Assembly: GCA_963809805.1 (NCBI GenBank)
Contig: CAWELB010000008.1
Location: forward strand, 568,216-632,215
Direction of reading: 5' to 3'
Source of the DNA: an uncultured Chloroflexia bacterium
GTDB taxonomy: Bacteria; Chloroflexota; Anaerolineae; Anaerolineales; UBA4823
DNA: 64,000 nt
The notes under the pieces: model-generated
The model's input: only the letters and a program-made list of their open reading frames with translations
What the model was told of the DNA's origin: nothing
Databases searched by the model: none
Part shown: one piece after another, positions 59,448-64,000 of the stretch
Layout: each line of letters begins with the position of its first letter
How positions within the stretch are numbered: the stretch's first letter is position 1
Position numbers and translations under genes: made by a program

Positions 59448-60675
59448 ACTTTCCTGCGAGTATCGTTTCTTTCAATACTTCCGCCAGGCGTTCTATTCCA
59501 ATCTTTATCTTCTCAGGATTGGCGTAGGAGAAGTTTAGCCGCATGGTGTTTTCACCACCCCCCAGGGCAAAAAATGAAGTTCCCGGAACGAACGCAACGT
59601 TGCGTTGAACTGCCACCTTGAAAATCTCGGCGGTATCCATTCCTTTCGGTAGCATTCCCCATAGGAATAATCCACCTTTAGGCTTGGTCCATTGCACTCC
59701 TGGAGGGAATAACTCTTCCATCGCGTCCAGCATGATATTCCGTCTCTCCCCATATACCCGCCGAATCAACCAGATGTGCCTGTCCAAGAATCCGCCCCGT
59801 GCCACTTCATATGCCACGATTTGGTTGAACGTCGCCGTGTGCAGATCTGCCCCTTGCTTTGCCAGGACCAGCTTACGGATCACTTGGGTTGGGGCAATGA
59901 CCCAGGCAAGTCTTAGCCCGGGTGCCAGCGTCTTGGAGAATGTGCTCAGATAAATAACGTTACCGGCATATTCTTTTGTGCCATTTTGGCGAAATTCATT
60001 ATCCAGATTAACGATTGAAGGTAAGTTCTCCCCTTCATAACGTAATTGCCCGTATGGATCATCTTCGATGATCGGCACGCCATAATGGTCCGCTATTTCT
60101 ATCAGCGTCTTTCGCCGCTCGAGAGAAAGCGTGACCCCCGTCGGATTTTGAAAATTAGGCAGCACGTAAATAAATTTCACGCCACTACGCAGCGCACCTT
60201 CCAAAGCGTCTGTGACCATCCCATTCTCGTCCATCGGAACCGTGACGTATTCTGCCCCATATGCATTCCAGGCTTGAAGTGCTCCCATATAGGTAGGTTC
60301 TTCAACCAGGATGCGATCACCCCGGTTGATAAATACCTTGCCGATTAAATCCAATGCTTGCTGGCTGCCACTGGTGATCAGGATGTTCTCCGCGCTTACA
60401 CTGATCCCATATCGTTCCGTATGTCTCGCAATCATCTCCCGTAATGGGCGATAACCCTCTGTAGCACCATACTGCAGTGCCTCAGCGCTCCAATCTTTTA
60501 ATACCGTATCACAGGCTGCTTTAAATTCATCTACTGGGAACACATCTGGAGCAGGCATTCCGCCAGCAAAAGATATGACTTCTGGGTTTTCAGTTAGCTT
60601 AAGTAACTCACGAATGGCAGAACCTTTCATACGTTGAGTTCGTTGAGCGTAACGATGATCCCAAGGTGTTTCCAT
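59446..60675 (-). CDS. Class I PLP-dependent aminotransferase (LysN/aromatic type)
   Basis: ISFAGGMP, LQYG, PNFQNPTG, EDDPY, STFSKTLAPGLRLAW, MRLNFS. Confidence 0.92.
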   Translation of the reverse strand: METPWDHRYAQRTQRMKGSAIRELLKLTENPEVISFAGGMPAPDVFPVDEFKAACDTVLKDWSAEALQYGATEGYRPLREMIARHTERYGISVSAENILITSGSQQALDLIGKVFINRGDRILVEEPTYMGALQAWNAYGAEYVTVPMDENGMVTDALEGALRSGVKFIYVLPNFQNPTGVTLSLERRKTLIEIADHYGVPIIEDDPYGQLRYEGENLPSIVNLDNEFRQNGTKEYAGNVIYLSTFSKTLAPGLRLAWVIAPTQVIRKLVLAKQGADLHTATFNQIVAYEVARGGFLDRHIWLIRRVYGERRNIMLDAMEELFPPGVQWTKPKGGLFLWGMLPKGMDTAEIFKVAVQRNVAFVPGTSFFALGGGENTMRLNFSYANPEKIKIGIERLAEVLKETILAGK

Positions 60676-60749
60676 TAATTCACTCTCCTAAATTTTGATA
60701 TTTTGTTTTAGAACCCAGCATAATCTTCCCGATCATGCCGGGTTTATGT

Positions 60750-63700
60750 TTATAATTTTGGAAAGCGGCGAAGGATATGGGCCGGAGATGGCAAGATCAC
60801 TCGCTCGCCCACTTTGAGTGTACCCAAGACCTTGCTGGTATCCTTAGGAGCACCCTGGTAGATATAGATGATCGTTCCCTTCTCTGCAGACTTTGCATCA
60901 ATATATACCTGTCCGGTCAAATATCCATTCATATCTACCGCACAACTGGATACGTAGCCGAGTACCTTGCCACGCCAATCCACCACCGGGTCTCCCAGGT
61001 GCGCCATCCTTACACCTTTTTCATCGAAGCGGAATCGAACCAGCTCACCTTTGCGCTCTTTTTCTTTCTCAATGAATGCATCTCGGCCGATGAACCAGGG
61101 TTTGTAGGTCTTCACAAATTGACCAAAGCCTGCTTCTGCAGGACCCAGATTTAGTTCACCGCCCATCTCGTGACCGTATAGAGGTAAGCCAGCTTCTGTG
61201 CGTAGAGAGTCACGCGCTCCTAATCCGCAAGGTTTGATGCCAAAATCCTTTCCAACTTCGAGTAGGGCATTGAATAATTCCTCCGCCCGATCTGGGTGAA
61301 CGAATATTTCATAGGAGAATTTTTCCCCTGTATACCCGGTTCGTGAAATGATAAGGTCAAACCCACCCAACTTGACTTCGCATATGTGGGTGCGCTTTAG
61401 GTACCGCACGCAACAGCGTGTTGCTTCATCACAACCCAGCTTCAGCAGGATTTGTCTGGCACGCGGTCCCTGCAGCGCGATGTCTACACGCATATCGCTT
61501 CCTTCTTTTGGATCTTTTAAGTTCCGTAGGATCGCATGATGGCCAAATACCCGCGCCCACGGTCTTTGGTTATCCACCAGCACCCGTCCATCTTTCACCG
61601 CATTCAGCCAGGCCCAATCTTTATCGAAATTAGCTGCGTTCACAACGATTAGCATTTTTTCTGTCCCCCGGCGGTAAACTATCAGGTCATCGATCACATT
61701 GGCGTCAGGATCCAGTAAATGGGTATAGCACGATTCACCCACCGACAGGTAGCTGACGTCATTTGCCACCACGCTATCCAGGAATGCTGCTCCATCCGGG
61801 CCTTCCACCTGTAATACACCCATATGGGCTACATCGAATAACCCGGCATTTTGCCTCACTGCCAAATGTTCTTCCATCACTGAGCTGTACCATACCGGCA
61901 TCTCCCATCCAGCATATGTAATGATTTTAGCTCCCAGTCTCTTATGGGTATTGTAAATGGGAGTCCGTTTCAGTGCATCTTCTTTTTCTTCCCAATTGAA
62001 TCTCGGCAAGGCATCCCCGCTGCCCTTCTCCATACCGATGAAATAGGGTTTGGGAGCAATCCTTTCACCATCCGCTGCCGTGACGGGTTTAGCACTGGAG
62101 ACTTCGACCACTGTCAGGCCGGGTAATTTCTTCAAAACGTCGGGATCAAAAGCCACGTAACCGTCTGAGAGATCACGCAGCCAGGCAGTCACCACCCCCT
62201 GCTTTGCACTGGGGATGGTTAATTGGAATTGGTAAACCCCAACGCAGCTCAGTGTCCCATCGACAATCCCATCGGGAGTATAAAGACGAGTTGGCTGGCT
62301 CTCCCCTGCTTTTAGCACTTCAACATCATTAGATAGTGTTTCGCTGAGGAATAATCGCACCCGCTCACCCGAAAGCTCTAATACTGACCATTCTCCATCC
62401 TTGGCTTTATCATCGATGTAATAAAAATGGGGATAGCCATGTTGGCTTGCCTTGAAGTCAATACCTGCACTCAAAGCAAGGTCCCGAACCTTTAGCTTTG
62501 AATTCTCCAGGACATTAAAATCCACCTTTGCACGGCGCAGGGGCTTATTTGCACCCATCCTGGCATGTGGCTTCGTTGAAAGCAGGATATCGGCAATGAT
62601 ATCTGCTAGCTGCTTCATCTCAGTTTCCTTGAATCCGCGTTGAGTTACCCAGGGAGTCCCCATGCGAATTCCGGATGGATCAGATGCATCCTCATCTCCA
62701 GGAATGGTATTGCGGTTGACCACGATCCCTGCAATGTCTAGGATGCGGGAGGCCATATCTCCGGAGAGACCTGTGCCATCTGAGCCCACTACCGTGGTAC
62801 AGGCCAGGTTCATCATGTGGGTGTTGGTGCCACCATAAGCAATTCGAAAGCCGCGTTGGCGCAGTTCCTCAGTAAATACAGCACAATTTTTTACCACCTG
62901 ATGTTGTAATTGATGGAACTGCTCTGTCTTTGCAACTTTGAATGCCACCGCCATACCTGCATAAGAATTGACATGCGGTCCACCCTGCTCACCAGGGAAC
63001 ACCGCCCGGTCGATATCTCTCGACAGTTTTTCATCAAACGTCAGGATGCATGCTCCCCGCGGACCACATAAGGATTTATGGGTGGTAAATGTTATTACGT
63101 CTGCATACCCAACCGGTGATGGGTAGGCACCAGCTACGACCAGCCCGGCAATGTGGGCGATATCAGCAAACAGGTACGCCCCAACCAAGTCGGCAATCTT
63201 ACGAAAGCGTGCCCAATCGGCAGCCCATGGGTATGAAGAATACCCGGCAATAATAAAGCGCGGCTTGTGTTTGAGCGCCAGCTCTTCCACTTCATCATAA
63301 TTGATCTGTTCGGTTTGCGGGTCAACCGAATAATGGACTGCATTATAATATTTTCCGGAGCGGTTGACGGGCGAGCCATGTGTAAGGTGACCGCCATGTA
63401 AAAGGTCCATACCCATGATGGTAGCGCCTGGCTCAACCAGTGCATGGTAGACCGCATTATTGGCAGGAGCACCAGAGAGAGGTTGTACATTCACATAGAT
63501 ATCATCCGGACCAATCTTTTCATTGGCGAAGATTTCTGCGCACCTGCGCCGTGCAAGTTCTTCGATCGTATCCGCATATTCGACACCCTTGTAGTAGCGT
63601 TTATCGGCATATCGGCGAAAATTCACTAAACGCGCCGGGAAATCCATGATCTCAGCTTCATCCATCGTGCGGGTCTCTTCACGCGGATATCCTTCAGCAT

Positions 63701-63869
63701 AGATATTCTGGAATGCTGAAGAGAGCGCTTCACGCACAGCCATGGGAGCCTGGCTTTCACTCGGGATAAGGATCAGTTTTCGGTATTGTCTTTCGGCTTC
63801 CAATTGGGTTAATTCATAAATTGCGGGATCCAGCTCGGCTAGAGCACCGCGAAATAGAAAATCATTCAT
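60750..63869 (-). CDS. glyA: Serine hydroxymethyltransferase - GcvT aminomethyltransferase fusion (GlyA-GcvT)
   Basis: N-terminal YAEGYP, GGHLTHG, DIAHIAGL, TTHKSLCGPRG, FPGEQGGP; C-terminal AGWEMPV, FDVAHMG, SRTGYTGE, GLGARDSLRTEAG; single 1039-aa frame. Confidence 0.93.
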   Translation of the reverse strand: MNDFLFRGALAELDPAIYELTQLEAERQYRKLILIPSESQAPMAVREALSSAFQNIYAEGYPREETRTMDEAEIMDFPARLVNFRRYADKRYYKGVEYADTIEELARRRCAEIFANEKIGPDDIYVNVQPLSGAPANNAVYHALVEPGATIMGMDLLHGGHLTHGSPVNRSGKYYNAVHYSVDPQTEQINYDEVEELALKHKPRFIIAGYSSYPWAADWARFRKIADLVGAYLFADIAHIAGLVVAGAYPSPVGYADVITFTTHKSLCGPRGACILTFDEKLSRDIDRAVFPGEQGGPHVNSYAGMAVAFKVAKTEQFHQLQHQVVKNCAVFTEELRQRGFRIAYGGTNTHMMNLACTTVVGSDGTGLSGDMASRILDIAGIVVNRNTIPGDEDASDPSGIRMGTPWVTQRGFKETEMKQLADIIADILLSTKPHARMGANKPLRRAKVDFNVLENSKLKVRDLALSAGIDFKASQHGYPHFYYIDDKAKDGEWSVLELSGERVRLFLSETLSNDVEVLKAGESQPTRLYTPDGIVDGTLSCVGVYQFQLTIPSAKQGVVTAWLRDLSDGYVAFDPDVLKKLPGLTVVEVSSAKPVTAADGERIAPKPYFIGMEKGSGDALPRFNWEEKEDALKRTPIYNTHKRLGAKIITYAGWEMPVWYSSVMEEHLAVRQNAGLFDVAHMGVLQVEGPDGAAFLDSVVANDVSYLSVGESCYTHLLDPDANVIDDLIVYRRGTEKMLIVVNAANFDKDWAWLNAVKDGRVLVDNQRPWARVFGHHAILRNLKDPKEGSDMRVDIALQGPRARQILLKLGCDEATRCCVRYLKRTHICEVKLGGFDLIISRTGYTGEKFSYEIFVHPDRAEELFNALLEVGKDFGIKPCGLGARDSLRTEAGLPLYGHEMGGELNLGPAEAGFGQFVKTYKPWFIGRDAFIEKEKERKGELVRFRFDEKGVRMAHLGDPVVDWRGKVLGYVSSCAVDMNGYLTGQVYIDAKSAEKGTIIYIYQGAPKDTSKVLGTLKVGERVILPSPAHILRRFPKL

Positions 63870-63898
63870 GACTATCTCCTGAGGGCATATTGAGTTTG

Positions 63899-63942
63899 AT
63901 GTCTGACAAATGAATTGTAGTCGTTCGATGAGCTTGGGTCAA
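63899..63942 (-). promoter_or_regulatory. Sigma70 promoter of glyA-gcvT with a TTGTCAGACAT operator
   Basis: Minus strand TTGACC (63942-63937), 17 bp, TACAAT (63919-63914); TTGTCAGACAT at 63909-63899. Confidence 0.75.
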
Positions 63943-64000
63943 GTGTTCACCGAGTTTTAACGATTTAAGCTGATATCAGCCTGGCAAAACTGGATCAAGC

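Overview
Gene-dense, ~46% GC bacterial chromosome segment, most likely Chloroflexota/Anaerolineae (inferred from C-terminal FLPL-type motifs on secreted proteins, Thr/Pro linkers and gene content). I saw no rRNA, tRNA, CRISPR or mobile element. Contents in order: (i) a minus-strand purine-catabolic operon (8-oxoguanine-type deaminase, adenine deaminase, GntR/HutC regulator, pseudo-ATCase, YgeW-like transcarbamylase, carbamate kinase, BMP nucleoside ABC transporter) next to folD; (ii) a Dlt-like envelope acylation operon with an unannotated 39-aa DltX-like peptide ending WIYQGF, an MBOAT, two atypical SGNH proteins, an ACP and a fatty acyl-AMP ligase frameshifted at a G5 run, which is the best candidate for an undescribed system; (iii) a Ser/Thr kinase-TolB receptor, gyrB, a C39-like peptidase and livKHMGF; (iv) a cinA / deaminase-CYTH fusion / MFS / IMPase / AKR run; (v) a kinase-PP2C-(J-domain+vWA)-FHA-response regulator signalling operon; (vi) a tandem glycine riboswitch ahead of gcvH-PA-PB, with the missing gcvT fused to glyA at the window end; (vii) a nucleoside kinase, malic enzyme, two M14 carboxypeptidases, an FKBP and an aminotransferase. 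A palindrome, TTGTCWGACAA, lies exactly 4 bp downstream of the -10 box at both the purine operon and glyA-gcvT promoters, suggesting a shared regulon. All product calls come from motifs read by eye; no searches were run.
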